Position numbers and translations under genes: made by a program. DNA of 63,940 bases, the filler included, from Phoronis australis (lineage: Eukaryota; Animalia; Phoronida), in NCBI GenBank assembly GCA_002633005.1. It is 8 parts of 8 records of this genome, joined end to end, with 100 filler letters (N's around TTAATTAATTAA, not from the genome) between each part and the next. Parts side by side here need not be neighbours in the genome. Positions count along the whole stretch, not along the records: positions 1 to 12,087 come from NMRA01001519.1; 7 more parts are not named here. One strand, 5' to 3'. The first letter of the stretch is position 1. Every line of letters begins with the position of its first letter. This document shows positions 1 through 11,835 of the stretch, in pieces. The notes beneath the pieces are model-generated. The model saw nothing but the letters and a program-made list of their open reading frames with translations, made no database searches and was not told the origin of the DNA.

Positions 1-356
1 CCCCCGAGAGACAACAAGTCCGAGAAAATGGGACAAAAGTCCACCGTAATAAGAGCAAAGTTGCAATTCACAGAGATGCTCCCGTTTTTTTCTTTTTTTT
101 TTAGTCCGCCCGCTCTTTTGTTAGCAAATGGTCCACAACGTCGGGAATTCGAGCCCCCCATATCGAAGGCTGGGTGCGCGCATGTCCAGTTGAAACGTTT
201 TGATCTCCTTCAGTTTTGAGATAAATTTTCCACAGTCTTCGCTTATGTGCATGGCCATGAAAAACGCAATCCTGCGTTTATGGTGTGCCACTGATGACAA
301 TACTCGGTGGAAGCAAGTTCAAGATTAAAGTTTAACTATAATTCGTATACTTTCAG

Positions 357-629
357 CTCCTTTCCTACCAGCCTTACTGAGTGATCTGGAAGGCAGTAAT
401 TCTTCTGTACAAAATCATCTGTCTTCCATTGGGTTTGCTCTGAATGGGACTAACGTCACGGCGGGACCTACCACCTTCCAACATCAAGCTCAGCACGTGG
501 GCATCATCTTGGCCTCTCAACCGGCCACAGAGGTAGTGTTCGCCATCGTCTGCGCCTCACTGGTACATAGATTTGGTTACCGCGCTCCACTTATACTGGG
601 ATCAATCTTGAACTTGGCAGGAACTCTGA
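357..629 (+). CDS. SLC18-like exon (luminal loop, TM2-TM3)
   Basis: tttcag|ct...ctga|gtgagt; PFLPALL...VGIILASQPATEVVFAIVCASLVHRFGYRAPLILGSILNLAGTL. Confidence 0.85.
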
Positions 630-3600
630 GTGAGTGGCAACTGTTCAATTTGGAAATGAATGAGGAACACTTTGGTTCTCCTTGTCTAACGAGTCAGTGA
701 CAAAAATGCAACTAACTATTTATAAGAATCGCCATTGACTTCCAAGACAGATACTAGTTCCCTCAATGCTCTTGATACGCGTGGGTGTGAAAGTGAAGGT
801 AGATCACTTGTCAGAAAAACCATGAGGGCACCATTTTGTCTAGGGTCGTAAGTCTGATTTTAGCTAAGACATCTCGTCAGTGTCTTAAGTTTATATTGGC
901 AAACAATTTATTGACGTGGTTTATGAAGGTAGCGCTCAACTTGAATGTGAATTTAGGCCACGTTTACACCTGTAGCAATATTGACGCCTTCACAAACGCT
1001 TACCACAGTGTGAGCTGATAGCAGGCTTCAAGTTGGACGACCTTTGTTAAAACGGATATCTGGGGTGTATCAATCATTTTCGTTTATAACTAAACTGCTC
1101 AGAAAGAAAAGCCTTTTTAATTGGTTAATTAAATGATCATTAATTGATGTGGCTAGGAACCCGCCATCCGTCACAAAAACATATTTTTATCTTGACCACT
1201 TGCAGTTATGAAATTTTTCCTCAAATTAATCAAAAAAGTGTGACAAGAGGTTCAGAAAGAACTGGCAGTTCGCTGTTGCTGAAGACCAAGCTAGACTAAT
1301 TGACTCATTGTCACCATGTCACGGCATGTCATTATATAGTTGTGATGAGCATGGTCTCAAGGAACAACAAACTGTCAGTTCTTGGTTCTCATGTCAGGAA
1401 CAAGTTGAGACAAATTTCTTTGCGGTAATTAGTCTATTTGTAAGTTTTTTTATGACCTACATATGTCCCGAATAATAGATAAATGATACGCGCGTCGCAA
1501 GCTCGTTACCAGAGATGAAAAGGAGACGGAGGTAGGCGATATAAGGTCATTTATTATGACTAGTACAGTTACAATACAATGAACACAGGTAAATAACGTA
1601 TAATTGGTAATCTCTGGTAAGATGGACAATAAAAAAGCTCCACAAGAGAAGTTGTAAGACAGATCATGCCTTGTAAGTTTTTACAACGGAACACGCGTTA
1701 ATTGCCGCTTTTAGTAAACGAACTGCGAAAAATTAAATTTGATACCACTGGTAAGATTTCATAGGTTATTATGCGTCCACATATTTATATGTGGACATAT
1801 TATGCCGTCATCCCCGCCCTGTCCGGTGGTCCGTCTGGCGTTCGTCCGGCGTCCGCTGCCGTATCTCCAAAACCTTGGATTTATATGGAATTTCGCAGAC
1901 AAGATAATTTCATGGATGGGACGGCATGAGCGAATTTTTAGACGCATCGGAATATCGATGTGCCCCCTACTTGCCTCTGTATATTCGCAGTTCCTTAACG
2001 AATTTTCATAAAATTAGGCTAATAGGTTTCTATTAGTGAAATGACTTCATCTTCCCGTTTTCTGTGGCTATATTTAATAAATAAATATAATAATACTGTT
2101 TTCGAATCTTTTTGCGTCCACCCCTCTAGCAACCAAACCTTTCCACTTTATGGATGACGGTGAAAATTGACGTATATTTCTACACTTCATGTCTCTATTA
2201 AATTCACTAAGTTTGTTTTATATTGCCGTCATCTCTGTCTGGGCGTCCGGCGTCTGCGGCTGTTTCTCCTAACCCCCTTGCAGGATAGTTATGAAATTTG
2301 GCAGATGTGTTTCTGTGGGGTTGACGACAGAGGACGATAAGTTTCGGATGGACTCGGGTACCACTGTGCGTCCTAGTGGCAATTTTATTTTTTTAAGTTT
2401 GCCTCTGTATCTTCGGAGTTCAGTGGTGGATTTTCAGTCATGAAATTTAGCAAATAAGTTTTTAATACAGAGGTAATGATGCCATTTTATTTTAGGACAA
2501 ATTCGGCGGATTTTACTCCAGACGTGCTGTGCACCCACTAGAGACTAGTTTAAGTTTTCTAGAATTGCTCTATTCAGTGGAATGTTTGAAATAATAATCA
2601 TCCCTTGTATGTGCAGTGTATACGGTGGGCGCATATCAACGCCCCTCGTTGCTCTTGTTTGTGTTGTCCATTGCAATATGAAGAAGTGTATAGTATAATG
2701 GTAATTAATTATGCGGTTTACCCTCTGTATTTCCAGTTTTGGCGTATTCCCCTTCATTTCTCGTCATCCTGTTGGGTCAGTTTGTGCGTTCTGCTGGTTC
2801 CAGCCTATCTATCACAACAGGTACGTCCAAGGGCACCAAATGAGTTGGAGTAGGGTTATTATGGAAATTTGTTACAACAGATGCGCCAGCAATAAATAGT
2901 ATTTAAACCTTGGCCGAGGATGCCTTGTGTACAGTTTAAATTGTAAAGGGGGCAAGTTTTTCCTGAATATTTGTCAAAATTGCTCTAACATAATAAATTA
3001 TGGTATCTGGAACAGGTCTTATAAAAGATCTTGAGCCTGGTCTCAACTAAGACGGTCGTAGGGACGTTCAATGCCAGGGCGACGTTGCGGAGAGCAAAAC
3101 AATTGCTACTAATAATATAAACGTGGTCGAACTTCACATTCAAGTTGAAAGCATACCTTCATAAACTATGTTCATGAATCGTTTGCCAATAAAGCCGAGG
3201 ATACGACCGTCTTAACTACAACTGGACTTACGATCCTTGATAAAACGGGCTCCTGTATTGGTAAGTAAGTAAGTAAGTAATTTTTTATTATAGTGACATG
3301 TGTTCAAAAGGATTTAAACAATGAATACGTTACAAACACTAGGAACACCCAGCCCTCCACGTGGCTTATAAGTCACTTTAGATACATGATACAAAAAAGA
3401 AAAGACAAGTGTACGAGCATTGCAAGAGGACCAGAAAGAGAAGGCCGAGATAAAAGTGATCATAAATAAATATAATTGTTCCTTACTTCAAAAATATTTT
3501 TCATGAAAACTGAAGTTTTTTCTAATAACATCTTTTTGCATGATTGTAATTAATTTACGTTCACAGCTTTCTGCACGGAATCGTGGATCAACTTGACAAT

Positions 3601-6600
3601 AAAAGGTGTTTCTGGCATCTAAGAAAAACGGACACACAAACAGAAAATGTAGTTCAGTTTCGACCTGACCAGTGTGACACAGACAGCAAATTCTGTCATC
3701 AAAATCTAGAGAACGAAAACGCCCAACCTCAACCAATAGCTGTAGGGTTCCGGTTCTAATTTGAGCAAGAATTGACCTACTAGGCCGAGTTAAGTCTAAA
3801 TGCACGTAAGGCTCAACTTCAAAGACATTCTTCATCAAAACATAGGTTCTTAACTTTGGTTTCGAACGGNNNNNNNNNNNNNNNNNNNNNNNNNNNNNNN
3901 NNNNNNNNNNNNNNNNNNNNNNNNNNNNNNNNNNNNNNNNNNNNNNNNNNNNNNNNNNNNNNNNNNNNNNNNNNNNNNNNNNNNNNNNNNNNNNNNNNNN
4001 NNNNNNNNNNNNNNNNNNNNNNNNNNNNNNNNNNNNNNNNNNNNNNNNNNNNNNNNNNNNNNNNNNNNNNNNNNNNNNNNNNNNNNNNNNNNNNNNNNNN
4101 NNNNNNNNNNNNNNNNNNNNNNNNNNNNNNNNNNNNNNNGCAAGAGCGTAGGGACATGTTGAGTTTATTAATTTGCCCCGGTGAGCAGTTTTAGTGTTGG
4201 GGGGGGAGAAGCTGCTAGTAAGATGTGAATTTTAATCAAAGCCTTAGTGAATCACTCAGAAACTCATTAATTCTCTCTTTGTCAAACCTTAACTTAAGAC
4301 GATTTCCAAAGCATTCCCGTCATTATTGATTATTGTCAACACGAAAAACGGATTTGGTCTTTTGGGCATTGGAAGACTATTTTAAATACAACAAATTTGT
4401 TAAGAACCGATTGCACAAAATATAAAACGTGTAATAAGCATTACAAAAAGAAGTAGGTTTCGCGCGCAAACGCTGTGGACCGTAAACAAGTACGTCTCTT
4501 AGTTCCTGTTTGTTAGAGAAATCATGGTGATGTAGTGGTAAAGCTCGCGCGTCCTATCAGCCAGGTCGTGAGTTCGAGTCTGAGAAACGCGCAACTTTTC
4601 CTGTGTGACACGTTTTTTTGTTTTTTTTTCCTTTTGTTCTTGGATAATACATCAGAAATCAAGGAAAATGCTTGATTTTTAGAGGAAAAAACAGAAAAAA
4701 TTTCCCGGGCGGGAGGGGGGCAAACCCTCCCCCCATTCGGTGCTGTGCGCATCTACAATCGTGGTTTGCGCAAATGCTTACAGCCAGACAAAATGTTGGG
4801 CCCCCCCTTGTGATATCCTAGATCCGCCACTGTCATGTCACCCATAATAGCATGATTAGGAGCGAATTAATATTGTGAACGCCCAAGAAAAATCGTGCGG
4901 CTCTATTCTGAATGACATCATAATCCTGTAGACCAGAGCCGCCCCAGACACCTACGCAGTAACCTCTAACAGGCACAACACAAGCATGAATAATGTAGTG
5001 AACATTCTGTATCTCATATTTTTATTCTTTTTAAATTTATTAATTAAAGCGCCCAAAGCTCTTTCGGCAGATTTGGATAGAGTTTTAGCAGTTTCAGAAA
5101 ACTTCAAATGTTCATTTAAAATTATTCCTAAATATTTGTATTTGGGTACATTTTCTAGGTCTAGTCGACCCAACCGAAATGGATATAAACTACGAGAGTC
5201 ATGCTTGGATCTGAAGTGAATAACATTATTTTTTTCCTGATTGACAATTAGCCTCCATTTAGGGCACAATTTATCAACTATATTCAATAAACCCTGTAAA
5301 TTTTCTTCGCCCTCGGCAAGTACCACTATATCATCAGCATAAAACAAAGATGAAACATTATCAGCACCGATAGGAATTCCTAAATTTGACTGTTTTAATT
5401 CCTTTGCCAAATCATTTATAAATAGTGCAAAAAGAGTAGGTGATAAAACATCTTCCTGTTTGACCCCACAAGATGTATAAAACCAGTCCATAAAGGTATG
5501 ATTAATCTTAACACAAGATTGAGTTTTGGCATAAATATTTTTAACTGATTCATAAAATTTTCCAACTATCATAAGATCCAACATTTTAAAAAGTAAACTA
5601 TTTCTATCTACCCAGTCAAAAGCTTTTTGCATATCAATAAAAGTAGCAAATGTGGATTGTTTGTTATTGAAGCGATTACGTATAATCGAGGTCAAAACAA
5701 AGACGTGATCAACACATGCTCTGTCACGACAAAAGCCATTTTGCTCATCAACAAGGAGCCCGTTTTCTTCCGAGTACTCAACCAGTCTATTGTTCAATAC
5801 ACTACTATTGGTATTATTTTTAAGTATGACCTGGGCCTAAGGGTTTCCAGTGCAAATTTCACATCTTTCTAAAGATGTTGTGAATTAGCAGTTTTCACCA
5901 CTGAATTATTTGAGGTGGATATGTTTCAGGTATGTCGCTTCTGGTTCAGCTCTACAGCGAAGACAACAAACGGATTGCCATCAGCTCGCTAATTCTGATT
6001 GGTGAAACGCTGGGAACATTAAGTGAGTGTATTTAGAAACGGTTTTACGTTTTTATATGCTGACTGTCTCCAATGGAACATGTGCTATTTGCACTTCTGT
6101 ATTAAATCTCGGTGAACGTTCGTCTTGACGTACAAGTACGTAGCAGGTTGTAGTGAATTTAAAATGGCTAGAAAGTCAATCTATATGGTTCGCCTTATGG
6201 GAAACAACCACATGTAAACTACCAGTGACCTGTCTACCTGTTCATTTTTTAATCCTGTTTTTACAATGTCACATTTACTTCTGTGTATTACTTGGTTACG
6301 AAAAATTTCTGTATCCTTGTTACAGTTGGTAACGGGCTAAGCGCGACTGTATACCAGTTCCTGGGCCAAAAAGGTCTCTTCCTTGGTCTGTCCACTGTAT
6401 GCCTAGGCGATTTAGGTAAGCAATGCATCTCTACTTTATCGGAAAACGCAAGTAAGAAAGCTTGTTTTTACAGTGTCGGTCGATAGTTATGGTTAGCAAT
6501 AACTAAATGTAATTTCAAATTAACGGGATCTACGAGTGATTAACAATTAATTCTCAAATGGTTTTGTTGTATTTCAGTACTGCGCTTTATTCCAACGTAC

Positions 6601-9600
6601 AAGTGTAAGGCGATACCAAGCGAATTAAATAACAATTCTTGTTGTAAAACGGTGAGTACAGGATTCCGTTAATGTATTATACATGAAAGTATAAAATACT
6701 TATGATCGGCATGCCGGGGTGTGCCAATATTTTTCATAGCTCAGTCGCTGTTCAAAAGTTTTAGTTTTACCAAATTGCTATAGGGCATAATACGAGTACA
6801 ATTGATTGAAAGATATAAGTAAAATATGACATTTGATAACTACATCATGTAAAACCTGTTTTTCATTTGAAACCGAAGTTTATACGTTGAGTACCATCAA
6901 GTATGACAGCTACATTGTTAGTGCACCGCCAGAAATATAAATGCTAAACTTTTATAAATTCATTGTAATTGAAATAATGAGTTCAAATTATTTGGGACTA
7001 AGTTGTGACAAAATGGATTTGCTTGTTTATTTGACTCAAATGAAGTGAAATGCGTGAAATCAATTATGTTCCAGGAAAAAAGAAACCAAGAACCGAACAT
7101 ATGGAAATTTGTGAAGGACCCATATATCTTACTCTTAATTGGTTTGTACAATAATTTTCTTTAACATTCTATTACATGAAACAATAAGGCAAGCGTATTC
7201 TATAAGCAGTAAACGTCGAGTGTTCGAGCGTTTGGATTATATCACTTTCACATGTCATAGGCCTATCTTTCATTTGAATATTGACCACAGTGGCAACAAA
7301 TGTCTATTTTATGTAATATCATTTAATTTCCAGGCATAAACATCACTATACGCATAGACGTGGGTTCTGACGGCGCTATTCTTCCCGCTTGGTTATTGGA
7401 TAAATTTTCAGTTTCTTGCTGGAAAATAGGTATGACTTCCAATTCCTTTTTTTCAACAACGTGACGCATGTACTAGTCTTCTGAGGAACCATTTGCAATT
7501 ATTTATTAATAACATAAAGACAAAATCAACGTCGAATTCAAGTTAGATGCACATTGTAACTTCTTGGAAATGTTACCTCTAGACCCAAATGATTTGCATA
7601 AAGAACAACTTTCTTCATATTCGAGGAGGGTACCCGAAACTGCATGGTAACGTTGAGAGAATGTACACCACTGGTGACGACCGATGAGAAGTGACATAGG
7701 TAGACTCCCATCCCCATATGTTTCGCATCTCTACAGTCTTGCGAATGCCGTTGCTTGTTTCAGGAGTGTTGCTGGCAATACCCGCCATGTTTCAAATGTC
7801 GGAAAGAGTGATCCTGTCTGCGATTTCGCTGCGATGCCGGGTCAGATATTGGACATGTTGTCTCCTAGGCGCCATGTTAACAGCCACAGGTTTATTGATA
7901 GTAAGTATACCACAGTCGCGCATATCAGGCATGTGCGATTAACTTGTTTCGCCAACAGAAAATAGTGTTTCCCGACATGAGCGTATTTAGGCACATGGGA
8001 TTCTGTGCAAGTGGACCAATATCTAGATTTTGGTGCACATGCCTAGGCAAAACATTGCTCGAAAACCGTATTGTTTAAAAGTACCTTAAAAGATACTAAA
8101 CCCTGTTTTTGCTAATGCATCATTGGCGTCAATATTGAAAGGTGAAACGAGGAATCAAATAAAAACTCATACCCCCTCTCTCAAAAATTGGACATTAGGG
8201 TCCTTGGTGGGTGGTCTTCTCCCACAGTTGCCCTGTAGTTCGCTAAAAGCGTAGGTCACGCCTATCCGTTTGGCAGACTTTGAAAGGTTTGAGGGTTGTG
8301 GAGGGTTACTGAGCATTATTTTGGCTCAGAGAATTTGATGGTTAAGTCGATTTTAATATCTGTTAATAGGCTCAAATCGGTTTTGGAATTCCTTTAAGTC
8401 TGCTTTCAGTCAAAACCCCAGCTTGATTTAAACTACTTACCATTATGCAACTGGTCCCAACGTGTTTTTACATTCGACTAAAGGTGATTTCTAAGGCTGC
8501 AAAAACTCGCAATTCGTTAATTTTTAAGACCAGGCACAGGTTAAGTAATTTTGTCACTGCAGGTCATTTTGTATGCCAAGCGTAGACTATTAAGGAACAT
8601 GTTCAGGCCAGTTGTGAATCGGTAAGTGGTCTATATCAAATGATACAATATACCGAAGACTCGTGTTATGTAGTTGCTTTTACATTCCATTTTATGCAAC
8701 AAAATTGAAATGAAAAAACATTTTCTGAAGTAAGCCACTATTGAATAATAAATGCAAAGCGGAAGTGAGTAGTTCCCGTGGACGCACCAGATAGGTAAGC
8801 TTGCACTTTCAGTATCCTTTCTGTCGGGTCTTCTGGATTATCCTACTACCTCAGTCGTTGGTGCGAATCGGGTCCGCCCTGACCACTAGCACCGTTAGCC
8901 CCATGTTGGCATACATCGTCGACCTACGGCACGGCTCCAGCGCCTCCAACTACACATCAGTTTACTCCCTCTTCGTAGTCTCGTACAACTTCGGAATGAT
9001 GTCGGGTAAGCAACCATTGGATTAGGTGACTTTCATTGCCTCAGTTTAGATTTGGAAAAGTTCCAACTTTTACTGAAGTTTACAAACTGGGTTAAAATGC
9101 ATCATTTTGGTATAAAAGGATGTAATGGCTGCATGGTTCAAACAACACCCAAGAATAGCAATTGTCTTAAGTTATTTAAACAAGATTTTCCTTTTGTTTT
9201 TAAAGGTCTTTATAGATACACGCTCTACTGAATTGGTCGCAGGCAGATCGCGCGACAGTTGATATAAAATGTGACCTAGGCTCATGGCAGTCAGGAAAGC
9301 ACAAAAAGTCAATCTTTTAACACTCAATTATATTGTTTTGCTTCCCAGATACTATGATTTGAAAATATGTCCCAGGGTTCGGCTTCTATACATTGCAGTT
9401 CTTTCTCGTCGGTTCAATGGCGCTCTGACTTTTTTCTTACATATTCATGGAAAAATGGGTCCAAAATAAAGTGAGAATATTATGTCCAGAGAAACCTTAA
9501 AAGTCAAACAATATTCGTGTAAAATGAACGAGTTCTATTTTTCTCGCAGGTCAAATACTGGGAGGTAATATCTTACGCGCAGTTGGGTTTAAATGGTAGG

Positions 9601-9997
9601 TACACTAAGGTTGTTACACAATGTCTTAACTTACAAATAAGACATTAACACAAAAGGTGGCGTTGGAGTCCGGTTTTTGTTTGAGCTTTAATTTGGGTGA
9701 AAATGGCAGTAGCCAGTGTGTTAGCAATGGATAATGAACAAATAACATTTGAAGTAAGGTTAGCTTAGGCTCCTAATTTTTGTGGTATGAAGATCATCCT
9801 GTAGTAAAATCCATTTGTTTTAGTCTTCACCACCTGTAGTAGGCTCTATTGGCCATTATTTATCCAGGTTCATGGGTTTACAAACTCTGTTGCAGGCTCT
9901 GTTGGTCATTCTCTATTCTATCCACGTTCATGGGCCTACTATCTCTGTTCTACCTCAGAATGGACTACAGGAAAGGCTACATCAATCTTCCCAATGA
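357..9997 (+). CDS. Divergent SLC18 (VMAT/VAChT-like) MFS transporter, 5'-partial, 11 coding exons
   Basis: Exons 357-629, 2737-2820, 5930-6022, 6326-6415, 6578-6651, 7075-7141, 7334-7429, 7764-7900, 8813-9005, 9550-9595, 9868-9997. All introns GT-AG with consistent phases and no internal stop; TGA at 9995-9997. Motifs VGIILAS, RFGY, KDPYIL, LPAW, YIVDLRH..SVY, GG.I..AVGF.W match vesicular amine transporters. The TM1 exon is upstream of the window. Confidence 0.88.
820..1065. mobile_element. MITE-like repeat, inverted homologue of 3010-3255
   Basis: About 895-966 (attggcaaac...tttatgaaggta..tcaacttgaatgtgaa...ccacgttta) is the reverse complement of about 3118-3192; boundaries approximate. 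Confidence 0.6.
1766..2659 (+). mobile_element. DINE-1/HINE-like non-autonomous Helentron-type element
   Basis: 5' subTIR tatgcgtccac (1770-1780) with adjacent palindrome gtccacatat-tt-atatgtggac, a (cgtc)n-like tract, internal degenerate repeats, 3' subTIR gtgggcgcata (2625-2635), terminal hairpin caacg-cccct-cgttg followed by ctcttgttt; T-rich flanks. Confidence 0.72.
2737..2820 (+). CDS. SLC18-like exon (TM4)
   Basis: ttccag|tt...acag|gtacgt; ILAYSPSFLVILLGQFVRSAGSSLSITTG, 84 nt, phase 1-1. Confidence 0.85.
3010..3255. mobile_element. MITE with imperfect terminal inverted repeats
   Basis: taagacggtcgta (3048-3060) and tacgaccgtctta (3202-3214) are inverted; homologous to 820-1065. Confidence 0.6.
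3261..5810 (-). mobile_element. 5'-truncated non-LTR retrotransposon (LINE ORF2: RT plus C-terminal Cys/His motif)
   Basis: ORF 4952-5797 has EQNGF, FIDMQKAFD, GVKQ..LSP.LF..FINDL, YADD, YKYLG; ORF 3488-3838 has EVGR..RICCLC..VETELHFLFVCP; 3' end AATAAA plus (TTAC)n tail at 3261-3289. Interrupted by an N gap and other insertions; antisense within an SLC18-like intron. Confidence 0.92.
4523..4592 (+). other. tRNA-derived (SINE-like) fragment
   Basis: A-box-like tgatgtagtggt and B-box gttcgagtc at tRNA-like spacing, but no complete cloverleaf. Confidence 0.4.
5930..6022 (+). CDS. SLC18-like exon (TM5)
   Basis: tttcag|gt...ttaa|gtgagt; GMSLLVQLYSEDNKRIAISSLILIGETLGTL. Confidence 0.85.
6326..6415 (+). 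CDS. SLC18-like exon (TM6)
   Basis: ttacag|tt...ttag|gtaagc; IGNGLSATVYQFLGQKGLFLGLSTVCLGDL. Confidence 0.85.
6578..6651 (+). CDS. SLC18-like exon (central loop)
   Basis: tttcag|ta...aacg|gtgagt; VLRFIPTYKCKAIPSELNNNSCCKT, phase 1-0. Confidence 0.75.
7075..7141 (+). CDS. SLC18-like exon (KDPYIL)
   Basis: ttccag|ga...attg|gtttgt; EKRNQEPNIWKFVKDPYILLLI. Confidence 0.85.
7334..7429 (+). CDS. SLC18-like exon (TM7)
   Basis: ttccag|gc...atag|gtatga; GINITIRIDVGSDGAILPAWLLDKFSVSCWKI. Confidence 0.82.
7764..7900 (+). CDS. SLC18-like exon (TM8-TM9)
   Basis: tttcag|ga...gata|gtaagt; GVLLAIPAMFQMSERVILSAISLRCRVRYWTCCLLGAMLTATGLLI. Confidence 0.85.
8813..9005 (+). CDS. SLC18-like exon (TM10-TM11)
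   Basis: tttcag|ta...tcgg|gtaagc; YPFCRVFWIILLPQSLVRIGSALTTSTVSPMLAYIVDLRHGSSASNYTSVYSLFVVSYNFGMMS. Confidence 0.88.
9550..9595 (+). CDS. SLC18-like exon
   Basis: tcgcag|gt...aatg|gtaggt; GQILGGNILRAVGFKW. Confidence 0.85.
9868..9997 (+). CDS. SLC18-like terminal exon (TM12 and short tail)
   Basis: atccag|g; FMGLQTLLQALLVILYSIHVHGPTISVLPQNGLQERLHQSSQ*; downstream AATAAA at about 10123, 10432 and 10481. Confidence 0.72.
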
Positions 9998-11171
9998 CAG
10001 CTAAAGGGCATTTAACTTGCCTTTGTATGTTAATTTATTGCAGTGTCAGGTTACCTGAAAAACACTGATAACAGACTTATGAAAACTACTCACGAGCCTG
10101 CGAACTCAGTTCTCCGATTCACAATAAACGACTTATGCACCCAAAAAGTATGGCCGACAGACTGGATGAGAGTCCGTGGTTTTCGGTGCGAGGCCACGTT
10201 TTGTGAGTGGAGGCACGTGTTAGCGAGTTTGTGAGCTGTGTTGATGAATTATGGTCATAAGTGCCAACAGAATAGTAAAAAATATTAGCAAGATGGTGAC
10301 AGTCTTATCCTCCATGATTTGTCTGGTTTTGGTGAAAAACCTTTCAATACACAAAACTCAAGGGAGTTGTGTGACTGTTAACAATTTCAGTCATCTGTAA
10401 TCAGATGTATTCTATGTATATTATTCAACCCAATAAATGAAATTTGTAAATTGGCTAATTTAATGGAAGAACTATAAAGCAATAAAAGTATACTTAAAAA
10501 AAATATTTTATTCCAATCAACATTCTGAGATGCAATGAACGCAACAAGTTCATTGATATTTCTTCTTTCCCAAACACAATGAATCAGATCGCTTCCGAGT
10601 GAACACCTTAAACTATGATACCTCCATCATACTTGTACACATTACAGCTCCAGTGAACTGCTAGGCTTATAACATCAACGCAACACTTGTACATAAGTCT
10701 GCGAGATCTACATCCACAATTCTTGTTGGTATCTTCCCATAATTCAGCACACACCATCCATGATTCAGCAGTTACAATCCAGCAGTCAGTGGTCTACATC
10801 GTCTGCATCATCGAACTGTCCAGTTTCCATTGGTTCATCATTTCCATTCACTGCAAGATGCAAACACGAATCATTACTGAAATTCACTGCTTATGTGACA
10901 ATACATAAAGCAATATTTCTTTTCGTCAATGAATTTCCTTCTTTTTCTCAAACCAAGTGTACCTTCCAATATTTAATCCCTTATCTATACTGTTAACTGT
11001 TGCACAACATGGAGGAAAGTATTGGTACAACTTATTACAATTGGTACAAGTGAGCTTCATTCATACACTTATAGTGAACTTAACTTATTATGTTATCCTG
11101 ACAGTTTTAAAACACTTGCCATCTCACATAAAGCTCAATCTTAGAGGCCAATAAGCTTGCTCTTGGAGCAC

Positions 11172-11228
11172 AGACAATGGGGTCGATTGAATGTGCTCTT
11201 GGAGCACATTCAATAGACCCCACTGTCT
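11172..11228. repeat. 27-bp-arm hairpin/palindrome
   Basis: agacaatggggtcgattgaatgtgctc-ttg-gagcacattcaatagaccccactgtct, 2 mismatches. Confidence 0.85.
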
Positions 11229-11591
11229 TGGCCCAGGTCATCTATCCAAAGACGGTGGGCTAGGTGTACTAATTCCCAGCTATTTTTCCATTAAGTGCAA
11301 AAAATTAACTAAAGCTTCGCTACAAAATAGGAGGATTTGTCATATCTGGTTTACACTAAATGAAACATCATCTTAAAGGAGTGCATAAAATATGCTGACG
11401 CAGAACAACTATTATGTAGCTGTTCAAACTGATCAACAGGTCAAGTAGTACCCATTAACAAGCTCCTGAAAATTAAACCCAGCACCAATATCTTTCAGAC
11501 TAGTTGGAAAACAATTCTTTATTCACTATCACAGTTATTAAGACAGTATGAACAACAGTAGTACAAGTTATACACTGTAAAATAACACTGT

Positions 11592-11690
11592 GCTAATAGT
11601 GCCCAGATTTTGAGAACCAGTATTCTGCACTGAATAACGGGCATCAAACTGGTTCTCAAACAGTGGGCATACTATATACATCTATTGCCA
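11592..11690. mobile_element. Small hairpin MITE, inverted relative of 46588-46698
   Basis: tttgagaaccagt...actggttctcaaa internal inverted repeat and core (gcatcaaactggttctcaaa) shared with the 46.6-kb copy. Confidence 0.7.
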
Positions 11691-11835
11691 ACAACAGCAC
11701 AAGAATATCATGTCACGACTGTTGAGCAATGTTGCCACAATTAAACTTGCACAAACCCACCTGCAGGTGCGTTCTGCAGACTCTAGAAATTTGCCAAAAT
11801 CACATGTTAAATTACACTAATGAATGGTGAGCGTT

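Noticed and set aside
8563-8621. Extra SLC18-like exon with good AG/GT borders
   Set aside because: 59 nt would shift the frame; exons 7764-7900 and 8813-9005 already join in phase 0 with continuous homology.
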